Of a stretch of 64,000 bases of DNA, positions 37,511 to 48,100 are shown piece by piece. The notes below the pieces were generated by a model that worked only from the letters and a program-made list of their open reading frames with translations, was not told the origin of the DNA and did not search any database. Both the position numbers and the translations under genes were made by a program. The stretch comes from Desulfobacterales bacterium (GTDB lineage Bacteria > Desulfobacterota > Desulfobacteria > Desulfobacterales > UBA2245): contig JAXGZF010000005.1 of assembly GCA_040771865.1 (NCBI GenBank), positions 1 through 64,000 on the forward strand, in the 5' to 3' direction. The number at the start of each line of letters is the position of its first letter. Within the stretch, counting starts at the first letter, position 1.

Positions 37511-37603
37511 TCAACCTGCTTTTCCGTGGTCAAGTACGACACCGACCACGGAAATAAGGATAAGGCTAATAAGGTTGATAATAATCCAGTTCATATTTTT
37601 CAT
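37511..37603 (-). CDS. ilvL: ilv operon leader peptide MKNMNWIIINLISLILISVVGVVLDHGKAG (alternative start 37594)
   Basis: 6 Ile, 4 Leu and 4 Val within 18 codons, directly upstream of a terminator/antiterminator pair and ilvD. Confidence 0.8.
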   Translation of the reverse strand: MKNMNWIIINLISLILISVVGVVLDHGKAG

Positions 37604-37653
37604 AAAAAAATCAAAATTTAATTTTGAATCAATATCAATCTTTTCTGGCATTG

Positions 37654-39936
37654 TCAATTTTTTATTTCTTCCGGCAGCAATTCTTTGAAGCCGCAACCGG
37701 CTGGGCAGGCCAGGAGCGTTCCCTGACGTTTCGTGGACTTTTGGACCAGAAACGGCGCCTGACATTGAGGGCAGGATTTGGGGAAGGGTTTGTCCCATAT
37801 GGCGTAAGTGCATTTGGGATAGGCGCTGCAGCCATAGAAGATCTTGCCCCCCCGTGACTTTTTTTCAATAATCTTGCCGGAACATTCCGGCTGGGGGCAG
37901 TTCATGCCGGTGGATGTTTCAGACTCCTGACTGTTGAGCGAGCGGGTGCTCCGGCATTTCGGGTATCCGCTGCAGGCCAGAAACGGTCCATATCGGCCCT
38001 GACGCAGTACCATGGGAAGGCCGCAGAGCGGACATGTCTGATCGGACACCTCGGCCTGGGTCGGCTGGGCCGGACAGATTTTCCCCTTTTCATTCCGGGT
38101 GAAATTGGCTGTGAAGTCGCACGAAGGGTATCCGCTGCAGGCCAGAAAAGGGCCGTTTTTTCCGATTTTTACGTGAAGGGGTTTCTGACATTTCGGGCAG
38201 CTCAGTTCGGTGGAAACGCCCACGCCCTTGGCGCTGATCATGGCCTGAGTGGCGGCTTCCAGAGCGGATTTAAAAGTATCGTAGAACCGGCTGAGAATTT
38301 GATGACACGGAAGCTCGGCCGATTCGATGCGGTCCAGATCGTCTTCCATCCGCGCAGTAAATGCGACGTTGAAGATGTCCGGAAAGTTTTCCACCAGCAA
38401 GTCGTTGACAACAAATCCCAGTTCGCTGGGCCGGAAATACCCTTTTTCCAGATCGACATATCCTTTTTCCCGAATGGTCGACAGGATGGCGGCATAGGTG
38501 CTGGGCCGGCCGATGCCGTTTTCCTCAAGCTCCTTGACCAGTGTGGCTTCGGAAAACCGCGGCGGCGGCTGTGTGAAATGCTGTTTGGGTTCGTATCGGA
38601 GGAGCTGCAGGATCATGTTTTCCGATAGTTCGGGAAGCATGGTTTTTTTGTCGGTATCGGATTCGTCGTCGGAAGCCACATAAAGGGCCATAAAGCCCGG
38701 AAAGGCAATGGAAGAACCGCTGGCGTTGAAAAGATAGGATCCGGCTTTAATAGCAACGGAATTCGTATTGATCAGAGCCTCGGTCATCTGCGAGGCGACA
38801 AAGCGCTGCCAGATCAACCGATAAAGCGCCATCTGGTCATGGTTCAGGAAAGCGGCCACCGCTTCCGGCGTGTTTTCCACGGAGGTGGGGCGAATGGCCT
38901 CGTGCGCGTCCTGCACCTTTTTGACGTTTTTAAAAAATCTTGGCTTATTCGGCGCATAAGTTTCCCCGAAGCGGCTTCGAATCAGGACAAGAGCTTCCTC
39001 GGCCGCCTGCTGCGAGATGCGAATCGAGTCGGTTCTCATATAGGTGATCAGACCAACGGGCTCCCCGGGGCCTAGATCAATGCCTTCATAAAGCTGCTGG
39101 GCCACCGCCATGGTTTTTTTGGCTGATAATTTCAGTTTTCGAATGGCTTCCTGCTGAAGCTTACTGGTGGTGAAGGGGGGAGGAGGGGTGCGTTTTTTCG
39201 TTTTTTTCAATATTTTTTCAACGATCAGATTCTGTCCGGCAAGTTCGGCCAGAATGGCCTCGGCCTGGGCCTGATCGGCGATTTCAATTTTTTTCCCCGC
39301 TTTTTTAACCAGTTTGGCCGGAAATTCCGGAGGCTGATCCCCCTGAACGTGGGCGGTGATGGACCAGTATTCTTCCGGTTCAAACGCATGAATCAAACGT
39401 TCGCGTTCGCAGATAATGCGCACCGCAACGGATTGAACCCGGCCGGCGCTTAACCCCGACTTGACCTTGCGCCATAACAGAGGACTGACCTGGTAGCCCA
39501 CCAGTCGATCCAGTATTCTGCGAGCCTGCTGGGCTTCAAATTTGTTAAAATTCAGCTTTTCGGGCTCGGAAATGGCTTTTAAAATGGCATTCTGGGTCAG
39601 TTCGTGAAACAGAACTCGATGAAAGTTTCTGCCTTTTTTGTCCAGCAGATCGGCCGTGTGCCATGCAATGGCTTCACCCTCGCGGTCCGGGTCCGGGGCC
39701 AGATAAATTTCAGAAATGTTTTCAGCGGCTTTTTTCAAAGCGCGAACAACCTTTTCCTTCCCCGCTATGGTTTCGTATTTGGGTTTAAAGCCGTTTTCTA
39801 TGTCGATTCCGATTTCCCTTCGGGGCAGGTCTTTGATATGGCCGACCGTTGCAACGACTTTATACTGTTTGTCCAGATATTTTTCCAGGGTCCTGACTTT
39901 CGTGGGAGATTCCACGATAACCAACGCTTTGCTCAC
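37654..39936 (-). CDS. topA: DNA topoisomerase I with C-terminal zinc ribbons
   Basis: VIVESPTK, DPDREGEAI, SAGRVQS, ITYMRTDS, GIGRPSTYA, repeated C4 ribbons. Confidence 0.97.
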   Translation of the reverse strand: MSKALVIVESPTKVRTLEKYLDKQYKVVATVGHIKDLPRREIGIDIENGFKPKYETIAGKEKVVRALKKAAENISEIYLAPDPDREGEAIAWHTADLLDKKGRNFHRVLFHELTQNAILKAISEPEKLNFNKFEAQQARRILDRLVGYQVSPLLWRKVKSGLSAGRVQSVAVRIICERERLIHAFEPEEYWSITAHVQGDQPPEFPAKLVKKAGKKIEIADQAQAEAILAELAGQNLIVEKILKKTKKRTPPPPFTTSKLQQEAIRKLKLSAKKTMAVAQQLYEGIDLGPGEPVGLITYMRTDSIRISQQAAEEALVLIRSRFGETYAPNKPRFFKNVKKVQDAHEAIRPTSVENTPEAVAAFLNHDQMALYRLIWQRFVASQMTEALINTNSVAIKAGSYLFNASGSSIAFPGFMALYVASDDESDTDKKTMLPELSENMILQLLRYEPKQHFTQPPPRFSEATLVKELEENGIGRPSTYAAILSTIREKGYVDLEKGYFRPSELGFVVNDLLVENFPDIFNVAFTARMEDDLDRIESAELPCHQILSRFYDTFKSALEAATQAMISAKGVGVSTELSCPKCQKPLHVKIGKNGPFLACSGYPSCDFTANFTRNEKGKICPAQPTQAEVSDQTCPLCGLPMVLRQGRYGPFLACSGYPKCRSTRSLNSQESETSTGMNCPQPECSGKIIEKKSRGGKIFYGCSAYPKCTYAIWDKPFPKSCPQCQAPFLVQKSTKRQGTLLACPAGCGFKELLPEEIKN

Positions 39937-40002
39937 AATTTCCTCGCACTAATTTCAACATGATTCCGTCGATTTCCGGCGGTGAACAATAATTGCGCCG
40001 CC

Positions 40003-41097
40003 TCATGGGGAGCGGGTAAAAAAATTTCCAGGCAATTGCCGGATCGATCCTTTAAGCTCCATCTGTAATAGCAGGCCGCTGAGTTTTCCCGGTGCCAGGG
40101 ACAGCTTTCGAGCCAGTTCGTCGATATGCACCGGATAGGGGCCCATAACTTCTATCAGGGCATTTTCTTCAGGAGAAAGAGCGGTCCGCAAAACGCTCTC
40201 GTGACCTTCGATAGGCTTTCGAAAACTGAGCAGGGGCGCAAGCTCATCGATGATGTCGCCGGCATGCTGAACCAGCTTGGCGCCCTGTTTGATCAGATAA
40301 TGGGCGCCCGCGCTTTTGTACGACTGAATGCTTCCCGGCACGGCGAAAACCTCACGGCCCTGGTCCGCGGAAAGCCGGGCTGTTATCAAAGATCCGCTTT
40401 TCATGCTGCCTTCTACGATAACGGTTCCCAGGCTCATGCCGCTGATTACCCGGTTTCGTAAGGGAAAATGGTGCGAGTCCGGACCTGCATTCAGAGGAAA
40501 TTCAGAAACCACGGCGCCGTTTTTCGATATTTTCTGAAAGAGCTCCAGGTTTTCAGGCGGATAAATCCGGTTCAGGCCGCTTCCCAGAACGGCGATCGTT
40601 CTGCCATTTGCATCCAGGGCTCCCAGATGAGCCGCCGTATCAATTCCGCGGGCCATTCCACTGACGATCGTTATCCCTCCGGCGGCCAGATCCGACCCAA
40701 GACGCCGAGCAGCTGTCAGGCCGTAGTCGGTGGCGTGGCGAGATCCTACTACCGCTATGCACGGATGAATGTTTTCCAGGTTTCCGCAGACGTAAAGAAA
40801 AGGCGGTGGGTCCGGGATTTCACGTAACAAGGTAGGGTAGACAGGATCAGCCAGAGTGATGATGCTAAATCCTTTTTCCTTCGCAAGATCAATTTCGTAT
40901 CTGTCGGCATTTACAGGAACGCTGCTCAAAATTGCTCCGGCAATCCGTTCGGTTATGCCCGGAATCCGGCAGAGTTCGCTCCCGGATGCATTGAATACAA
41001 GTTCCGGGGATTCGAATTGATCCAAAAGACGCTTGTACAGAAGATTTCCAACGCCCGGAACGCTTTTGAGCCTCAGCCAGGGAAGAATATTTTCCAT
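40003..41097 (-). CDS. dprA: DNA-processing protein DprA (start may extend to 41154)
   Basis: IAVVGSR, IVSGMARGID, FPLRNRVISG, SGSLITA, GREVFAVPG. Confidence 0.95.
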   Translation of the reverse strand: MENILPWLRLKSVPGVGNLLYKRLLDQFESPELVFNASGSELCRIPGITERIAGAILSSVPVNADRYEIDLAKEKGFSIITLADPVYPTLLREIPDPPPFLYVCGNLENIHPCIAVVGSRHATDYGLTAARRLGSDLAAGGITIVSGMARGIDTAAHLGALDANGRTIAVLGSGLNRIYPPENLELFQKISKNGAVVSEFPLNAGPDSHHFPLRNRVISGMSLGTVIVEGSMKSGSLITARLSADQGREVFAVPGSIQSYKSAGAHYLIKQGAKLVQHAGDIIDELAPLLSFRKPIEGHESVLRTALSPEENALIEVMGPYPVHIDELARKLSLAPGKLSGLLLQMELKGSIRQLPGNFFTRSP

Positions 41098-41150
41098 ATG
41101 ATTATCGTTCGCTCTCACCGCATTTTCCGGTGAATTGCGGAGACAGCGGC

Positions 41151-41813
41151 TCATGGATTTCGCATTTCTGAAAGCTTCTGTCTTGCCTTGATATCCGCCT
41201 CCGAATTCGGGTACTCTTGAATCACACGATTCAGGTGATGTCTTGCCCCTTCAAAATCTCCCAGGGACAGACAGGCAAAACCGATTTTTAAAAGTGCGCC
41301 GGGCGCCTTTCCTTGAGTCGGGTACTGCTTGACCACCTGATTGAAAGCCGAAATGGCCTCGTTGTATTTTTTTTCGGCGTAAAGGCACTCTCCCGCCCAG
41401 TACAGAGCGTTATCGGCCAGATCATGTGCTGGATGATTGCGTGCGACCGCGGAAAACCGCGAGGCTGCCTCGGCATATTGCGCGGCCTTCATGGCCGAAA
41501 ATGCCCGGTTGTATTCATCGGCGACGGATGCTTCCATGACAGGTTCATCCCCCAGATGGTTCGGAAGAGAGGGCGTTGTCTGAAGGCTTTGCCGTTCAGA
41601 TCGTTTAAGGTCAAGAATCGCCTTTTCGTGGCTGTCCACCATGAATTGAACAACGGACAGCCGGTGATGCAGCTCTTCCATCTGTCTGCAGGTACTTGCC
41701 AGACTGCATTCCATCATTGCTCCGTCGGTGTTTTGATCCGGTTGCACAGTTGTGCACCCGGCCAAGAAAAAAAGCGCGAATAATCCTTTCCATGCAATTC
41801 TATTGACGTTCAT
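41151..41813 (-). CDS. cpoB: Tol-Pal-associated TPR lipoprotein CpoB/YbgF-like
   Basis: Lipobox LAGC, coiled coil, 'LADNALYWAGE...KAPGALLKIG' TPRs. Confidence 0.8.
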   Translation of the reverse strand: MNVNRIAWKGLFALFFLAGCTTVQPDQNTDGAMMECSLASTCRQMEELHHRLSVVQFMVDSHEKAILDLKRSERQSLQTTPSLPNHLGDEPVMEASVADEYNRAFSAMKAAQYAEAASRFSAVARNHPAHDLADNALYWAGECLYAEKKYNEAISAFNQVVKQYPTQGKAPGALLKIGFACLSLGDFEGARHHLNRVIQEYPNSEADIKARQKLSEMRNP

Positions 41814-42856
41814 CCGGCAGTCTGTTTTCCCCGGCCTTCCCAGAAAAGAAGAATGGGGCTGGCCACATAAATCGACGAGTAGGTTCCGATAATGATTCCA
41901 ACGAGCAGGGCAAAGGCGAAATCATGGATGATTCCACCGCCGAGAACAAACAGGCTGAAAACGACGATCAGCGTGGTTGCCGATGTCAGAATCGTTCGGC
42001 TCAGCGTTTCGTTGATGCTCCGGTTGATGATGAACGCAAGCGACTCCTTGTGATATTTTTTCAGATTTTCCCGAATCCGGTCAAAGACGATGATCGTGTC
42101 GTTGAGTGAATAACCGATAATGGTCAGCAGGGCGGCAACGATGGGAAGGCTGAATTCCTTTTCCAACAGCGAAAAAAGACCGACGGTAATTATAATGTCG
42201 TGAATCAAAGCAACGATGGCGCCCATGGCGTATCGGAGGCTCAACATCCAGAACAGAATCAGGGTGACGACCAGGGCGGCGCCAATGAGAAACGTCATGC
42301 TGACCTGAAACAGGGAAAAAAGATATACGGCTCCTGTCAGAGCGGCGGCCATGACGCCGCTGATGACCCATTTGAGTTCGAATCGTCCGGAGATATAGAT
42401 GGCGATGAAAAGCAGGGTATAGAATATGGCAAACAGGGCTTTTTCCTGAAGATCCTTGCCCACCTGGGGGCCGACCATTTCCACCCGCCGGATTTCCGAT
42501 TCATTTTGCGTGGCGCTGTCCAGCGCCGATTTGAGATTGCCGGAAAAAGCCTCATCCAAATCGGCGGAAGCCTCCGTGCGGACCAGATATTCGTTTTCGG
42601 ACTCCTCCCCGAATGTTTGAACCGAGGCATTGGCAAGATTCATAGCTTTGAGACCGGACTTGATCGCATCGATGGTTGCCGGACCGCTGAATTTGATTTG
42701 AATCAAGGTGCCGCCCGAAAAATCGATTCCGTAACGCGGGCCTTTATGGAAAATCAATGAAAGAATGCTGATCACGATCAGAGCCATCGACAGCCCAAAT
42801 ACGATTTTGCTTTTTCCGATAATATTCAGATTGATGCCGGGCTTGATAATCTGCAT
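41810..42856 (-). CDS. secF: Protein translocase subunit SecF
   Basis: GIDFSGGT, VGPQVG, GYSLNDTIIVFDRIRE, TLSRT. Confidence 0.96.
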   Translation of the reverse strand: MQIIKPGINLNIIGKSKIVFGLSMALIVISILSLIFHKGPRYGIDFSGGTLIQIKFSGPATIDAIKSGLKAMNLANASVQTFGEESENEYLVRTEASADLDEAFSGNLKSALDSATQNESEIRRVEMVGPQVGKDLQEKALFAIFYTLLFIAIYISGRFELKWVISGVMAAALTGAVYLFSLFQVSMTFLIGAALVVTLILFWMLSLRYAMGAIVALIHDIIITVGLFSLLEKEFSLPIVAALLTIIGYSLNDTIIVFDRIRENLKKYHKESLAFIINRSINETLSRTILTSATTLIVVFSLFVLGGGIIHDFAFALLVGIIIGTYSSIYVASPILLFWEGRGKQTAG

Positions 42857-42866
42857 GGATTCCTCT

Positions 42867-44441
42867 TTATATGCTGAGACGTTTCATCTTCCGATTGATC
42901 AGAAGATAATCAAAGAAGGCCCGCGTCAGAACAAGGGCGGTAAACAGGCTGGACAGCACTCCAAGGCTCAAGGTTACGGCAAATCCCTTTACCGGCCCGG
43001 TTCCGAACTGAAACAGAACCAGGGCGGCGATCAGCGTGGTAACGTTGGCGTCGAGAATAGTCAGGGTAGCCCGGTCATAGCCTGCGGCGAGAGCGGCCAA
43101 AGCGGTTTTTCCGAGCGAAATCTCTTCGCGTATGCGTTCGAAAATCAGCACGTTGGCATCCACGGCCATGCCGATGGTTAAAATGATTCCGGCAATGCCC
43201 GGCATGGTCAGGGTTGCCTGAAAGACAGCCAGTCCCGCTGCGATCAGAACAATGTTGATCATCAGGGCAAGGTCCGCGATGATACCGCTGAAATTGTAGT
43301 AGACGATCATGAATACCAAGACCAGCAGGCCCCCGATCAGCATGGAGATCAACCCCATGCGGATGGAATCCGAGCCCAGAGAGGGGCCGACGGTTCTTTC
43401 TTCGATGATGTTGACCGGCGCGGGAAGGGCCCCGGCTCTGAGTACGATGGCCAGATCCTTGGCTTCTTCAGTGGTAAAATTTCCGGTGATTCTCGCCGAG
43501 CCGCCGCTGATTTTTTCCTGAATGACCGGGGCGGAATATACCTTCTTGTCCAGAACAATGGCCAGGCGTTTTTTGACATTCTCTCCGGTAACTCTTTCAA
43601 AGATCATGGCGCCTTTCTTGTCGAATTCAATGGATACATAGGGTTCATTGTACTGGGAGTCGATCTGGACTCTGGCATCGGTGAGGTAGGCGCCGGTCAA
43701 AAGCGTTTGCGAGTGCAGCAGAAAGGGTGTTTTGATCGTTCGATGGGTGATCGGATCTGTCTCAACCTCGTAAAGCAGCTCGGTTCCAGGCGGGAGACCG
43801 CCTTCCATGGCCGCACGGGGATCATGAGCATCATCGACCAGCTTGAACTCGAGAAGCGCAGTTCGCCCGATCAGCTGTTTGGCTCTCTGGGTATCGGTAA
43901 TGCCGGGCAGCTGAATCAGTACGCGTTGTTCTCCCTCACGGCGGATGTCCGGTTCGCTGACGCCGAATTCATCGATGCGGTTTCGAATCGTTTCAAGTGC
44001 CTGGTCGACGGCCATCGTTTTGATGTGTTCGGTTTCAGCCTCCGGCAGGTCAAATCGCATCGTAACCGTACCGTTGTCTGAGCTTTTGGATGCCAATCGC
44101 AGTTCTCTGAATTGCTTATCCAGAAGGGCTTCAAATTTTTCGAGCTGGTCTTCGGGAACATGAACCGTTATCTCGGCGGCTTTCGGGCTTTCCACGCGGG
44201 TGTTGGCGATATGCTCCTTGCGCATGAAACTCCGCAGGTCCTGATGAATTCTATCGATTGCGCTTTCGACCGTTTTCTCGGCATCCACCTCGAGCACCAG
44301 GTGCATGCCGCCTTGAAGGTCCAGGCCGAGGTTGATCTTTTTATGCGGCCACAGACCCGGTTTGAAGGTGGGGAGCGTATAAACGATTGCTGCCGCTATG
44401 ACAGCCAGGACAACAATCCATCTCCACGAAATGTTTTTCAA
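42867..44441 (-). CDS. secD: Protein translocase subunit SecD
   Basis: LGLDLQGG, RIDEFGVSEP, LRAGALPAP, GMAVDANVLIFERIREE. Confidence 0.96.
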   Translation of the reverse strand: MKNISWRWIVVLAVIAAAIVYTLPTFKPGLWPHKKINLGLDLQGGMHLVLEVDAEKTVESAIDRIHQDLRSFMRKEHIANTRVESPKAAEITVHVPEDQLEKFEALLDKQFRELRLASKSSDNGTVTMRFDLPEAETEHIKTMAVDQALETIRNRIDEFGVSEPDIRREGEQRVLIQLPGITDTQRAKQLIGRTALLEFKLVDDAHDPRAAMEGGLPPGTELLYEVETDPITHRTIKTPFLLHSQTLLTGAYLTDARVQIDSQYNEPYVSIEFDKKGAMIFERVTGENVKKRLAIVLDKKVYSAPVIQEKISGGSARITGNFTTEEAKDLAIVLRAGALPAPVNIIEERTVGPSLGSDSIRMGLISMLIGGLLVLVFMIVYYNFSGIIADLALMINIVLIAAGLAVFQATLTMPGIAGIILTIGMAVDANVLIFERIREEISLGKTALAALAAGYDRATLTILDANVTTLIAALVLFQFGTGPVKGFAVTLSLGVLSSLFTALVLTRAFFDYLLINRKMKRLSI

Positions 44442-44577
44442 TGGTGCATCCTTTCCTTGGCAAATCCTTCCATTCCACTGAGAACAAGGGAAAGTCGGCT
44501 GAAGTTCAATACAATTTGCAGCGTCCTGTTCTCATGCATAGATTCGAAGTTTTCGAAAAGTATCGGTGCTTTCGTAA

Positions 44578-44949
44578 TCAGTCCGTAGATGGTTCGGAGT
44601 TTTCATTTTTTCCATTGGATTCAGCAACCGGAGGGGCGGACTGAATACGAGCCGCCACATTGCCGCGGTTGAGTTTAATTCGGACCTTGTCCGCAATCTC
44701 AACAGTCACCACGGCGTCGTCGACTGCGGTGATGCGTCCGTGGATTCCGCCAGCGGTGACGATTTTATCTCCTTTTTTCAGCGAGTCGATCATCTGGCGA
44801 AGCTCTTTGTTCTTTTTCTGCTGCGGGCGGATCAGCAGGAAGTAGAAAATGACGAACATGAGTATCAGAGGAACCAATGATGTAAATCCTCCCTGGGCGC
44901 CCTGTCCCGCAGCGCCTCCCTGGCCCATTGCATACGCGATACCTGTCAA
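44578..44949 (-). CDS. yajC: Preprotein translocase subunit YajC
   Basis: FYFLLIRPQQKK, LKKGDKIVTAGGIHG; TTG start after RBS aaggagg. Confidence 0.93.
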   Translation of the reverse strand: MTGIAYAMGQGGAAGQGAQGGFTSLVPLILMFVIFYFLLIRPQQKKNKELRQMIDSLKKGDKIVTAGGIHGRITAVDDAVVTVEIADKVRIKLNRGNVAARIQSAPPVAESNGKNENSEPSTD

Positions 44950-45006
44950 AGTGAATCCTCCTTGTCTGTAGATGGGGCTCGAATGACGGCCGCCCATCCA
45001 AAAGGT

Positions 45007-45669
45007 TTACAGAAAGTCTTCCCATACCATTTCCGTGTTTCCCTGAACGCCGGTGATGGTGAGTTTGATGACGGTGGTCCCGCTCTTTGCATCAGCGGGG
45101 AATCGTACATGATAAAAGGATTTCCACGGCGTCAGATAGGGATAAAAATGGTTGAGTTCTTCGCCGGCATTTTTGATTTCCCGTATTTCAACCGGAACAT
45201 AACGCCGACCGCTCGGGTCGGACAGATAGAGTTGCCACATCGATTTTGTCCGGGCAAAATCGTTCCAGGATTTTTCGGGGACATAAACCGCCATGACCAT
45301 GTCGATGTATTGTTCTGAAGCGGCCATCTGATCCTGCAGCAGTTTGTCGCGGTCCTTTTCGCTGAGCTGGTAAATCCGTGCATATTCATCCACATAGGCA
45401 TGACGGAATTGCGCCGATTTGACGGTTGCGGCTGCAATCAGTTTGATATCCAGGCCTTGGTAGATACGTGCTTCGCGGCACCACTTCGAAAAAGCCGCAG
45501 GATAGTTTCCTCCGTGATAAGGATCTGCGGACTGCTGCCAGCGTTTTGTCCAGGAAGTTTCGCCGCATCCGGTCAGCAATCCCGTCATCAGGATGATTCC
45601 ACCCAGAATGCGGCAAAGCATCCTTTGGCGCTCATTTTTTTTAAACGTGTTCGGGATCACCGAATCCAT
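45007..45669 (-). CDS. Hypothetical lipoprotein
   Basis: Hydrophobic stretch ending in lipobox LTGC; RBS ggaga; 220-aa ORF co-oriented with its neighbours. Confidence 0.7.
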   Translation of the reverse strand: MDSVIPNTFKKNERQRMLCRILGGIILMTGLLTGCGETSWTKRWQQSADPYHGGNYPAAFSKWCREARIYQGLDIKLIAAATVKSAQFRHAYVDEYARIYQLSEKDRDKLLQDQMAASEQYIDMVMAVYVPEKSWNDFARTKSMWQLYLSDPSGRRYVPVEIREIKNAGEELNHFYPYLTPWKSFYHVRFPADAKSGTTVIKLTITGVQGNTEMVWEDFL

Positions 45670-46282
45670 TTCAATCTCCCGTATTCTTCTCAGGCCTCAT
45701 GCGACGCAGCCACGGGAATCAGCATCATGCAGCCGGGCCTGTGCTTAACGACCGGGCAGGTGCATTTCCCTCCCGTTGACGATTCATGATCTGCTTGAGA
45801 AGTGGCTGATATACTGTAAATAAATCCCGACGTCAAATATATTGTGTTTCAGGGCTCAGCCGGAATCCAGCTGGTTTCTCCGTCAAGCTGTTTTGACAGA
45901 CGTTCTGGCAATCAATCGGTTCCAGCAACGTCCCCATCATGCATGCTGTAGGCGATAATCCTGCTCAACGGCTGAATCATGCAGGCGCCCTGTTCTTGGG
46001 ATCGGGATTCGTGTCCAGCTGATTTGCGCTCCACTCCCGACCGCGATGGAATGCTTGTGGAAGCTGGTCAGGCTTGGACGGCATCTGCTGGCAGGTTTTC
46101 CTTCAATGAAAAACCGGCGGCACCCGCCGCAAGCGTCAGTACGCTCAGGCCAATCAGCCAGAAAGGTCCGGGTTGAAATTTTGGGACACGATATTCCCGA
46201 TCTTGCTTCCTTGTTTCAGGGTGCGGCCGCAGGTGCGCACCGATCCAGCAGATTTTTTTGATACCGCAATACATTAGGGGTG

Positions 46283-47788
46283 TCAACCTTCCGGCCGCAC
46301 GGACTGGGGGGCTTCCGGGCTTCGGGTCTCTGAGACGATTTTGCTCTCCCCGGGTGCGAGCGCAGGATCGCCCGCGATGATGATCGAAAGCCCGCGACGG
46401 CTTTCCAGATCAAGGATTTCACGGCGTTTGCGGTTGAGCAGGTAATCGGCCACCTCGACGGGTACGATTCCGGTTACCTGCATCAGGTTTTCCTTGAGGG
46501 TTTCCAGTCGCAGTTTCCGAAGAAAACTCAGTCCCAGCGTTTCCCTGGAGGGTATGATTCCCTTTCCCCTGCAGGATGGACAGGCCTGAAATCCTCCAAA
46601 TTCAATGGAAGGCCGCAGGCGCTGGCGCGACATTTCCATGAGTCCGAATTGAGATATTTTTCCGACCTTCACGCGGGCCTTGTCTGTTTTCAAAAAAGTC
46701 TTCATGGCGCGTTCGACTTCGGATTTGTTTTTGGCGTCCCTCATGTCGATGAAATCGATGACGATCAGACCGCCCAGGTCACGCAGCCTTAGCTGGCGGG
46801 CGATTTCCTCGGCCGCTTCGATATTGGTGTGATGCGCGGTCTGTTCGATGGATTTCTGATGAATTCCTTTGCCGGAGTTGACGTCAATGGCAACCAACGC
46901 CTCAGTGGATTCAATGACGATGGATCCGCCCGATTTGAGTTCCACACGGCTTTCGTAAATGGAGGCGATCTGCTCTTCCAGCTGATATTTTGTGAAAATC
47001 GGCTTTGCGCCCTGATAACGTTTGACAAGCTTTGTATGGCGCGGAGATATAAGGTTTAGCTGTTCCTTGACTTCCCGGTAGATATCGGAATGGTCGATCA
47101 GAATGCCCGAGGCGTCCGTGGTAAAATAATCCCGAATGACCCTCTGAACCAGATTCTGCTCCTTGTAAAGCAGGGCGGGCGCACTCTGGTCAAGCCCCTT
47201 GTTTTTGATGTTTTTCCACAGTTTGAGCAGATAACGGACATCCTGGGAAAGAGCGGTTTTGTTGCACTCAGCGCCGGCGGTACGTACAATCAGCCCAAAA
47301 CCTTCGGGAAGTTTGAGATCTTCAACGATCGCCTTCAGTCGGGAACGCTCGGCTTCGTCTTCGATTTTCCTGGAAACTCCGATGGTCTGACTTCCCGGCA
47401 TCAGTACCACATATCGTCCGGGTAGGGATATGAAGGTGGTCAGCATGGCGCCTTTTTTCATGATCGGGTCTTTGGTGACCTGTACCAGCATTTCCTGACC
47501 TCGGGATACAATGTTCTGAATGGACAGATCCCGTGAAGGGTTGTCCTGAAAATAGTCGCTGTGGATTTCGTTTTTTTGAAGAAATCCGTTGCGTTCGGCG
47601 CCGTAGTCAACAAAAGCGCACTGAAGGGCTGGTTCCACACGCGTGATCACGCCTTTGTAAATATTTCCGTGAATGATTTCGCGTCCGGCGGTTTCGATGT
47701 GAAACTCTTCGAGCTTGCTGTCTTTGACCTTGGCGATTCGGCATTCTTCCGGATCCAGTGCATTGATAAGAATATTTATGCTGCTCAT
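46283..47788 (-). CDS. rne: Ribonuclease E/G family endoribonuclease (short form)
   Basis: GNIYKG...AFVDYG S1 domain, AIDVNSG, QLRLRDLGGLIVIDFIDM, CPSCRGKG. Confidence 0.92.
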   Translation of the reverse strand: MSSINILINALDPEECRIAKVKDSKLEEFHIETAGREIIHGNIYKGVITRVEPALQCAFVDYGAERNGFLQKNEIHSDYFQDNPSRDLSIQNIVSRGQEMLVQVTKDPIMKKGAMLTTFISLPGRYVVLMPGSQTIGVSRKIEDEAERSRLKAIVEDLKLPEGFGLIVRTAGAECNKTALSQDVRYLLKLWKNIKNKGLDQSAPALLYKEQNLVQRVIRDYFTTDASGILIDHSDIYREVKEQLNLISPRHTKLVKRYQGAKPIFTKYQLEEQIASIYESRVELKSGGSIVIESTEALVAIDVNSGKGIHQKSIEQTAHHTNIEAAEEIARQLRLRDLGGLIVIDFIDMRDAKNKSEVERAMKTFLKTDKARVKVGKISQFGLMEMSRQRLRPSIEFGGFQACPSCRGKGIIPSRETLGLSFLRKLRLETLKENLMQVTGIVPVEVADYLLNRKRREILDLESRRGLSIIIAGDPALAPGESKIVSETRSPEAPQSVRPEG

Positions 47789-48100
47789 ATATCTGGCGCA
47801 CCTCATTTATGTTATGGCGAAAAGATTAAAAAAAGAGTATTTTCCGGCTTGAATAAGCAATTGTCCATTACAAGTCAAACGGTTTTTCCGCAGGATTTGT
47901 CCTGCGGGGGCGCGGTAGCGGAATGTATTCAAAAATCATAGAAACAATAGGCTTCCGGCCGGTTTTCCCTGTTTTTAAAAGGTTTCCTTGCTATTTGCAT
48001 CGTCTTGTGGCATGAAGACCCCAAAATATGCGTCCGAATATTCTTTGTAAGATGCAGGATTTTGGCATGCGCCGTCAACGGCTCCCGGAGGTGAGAATAT

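Noticed and set aside
37511..37813. 100-aa ORF in the ORF track
   Set aside because: The upstream part overlaps the end of topA out of frame; only the last 27-30 codons are credible, as the leader peptide.
42220..42380. Extra hydrophobic segment in SecF (and the ~45-aa insertion in Fcl near 55740-55900)
   Set aside because: These appear to be lineage-type in-frame insertions, with no intein or mobile-element hallmarks.
45670..46286. 72-aa ORF after rne with possible TGA read-through
   Set aside because: The sequence beyond the TGA shows no recognisable protein or selenoprotein context; left unannotated.
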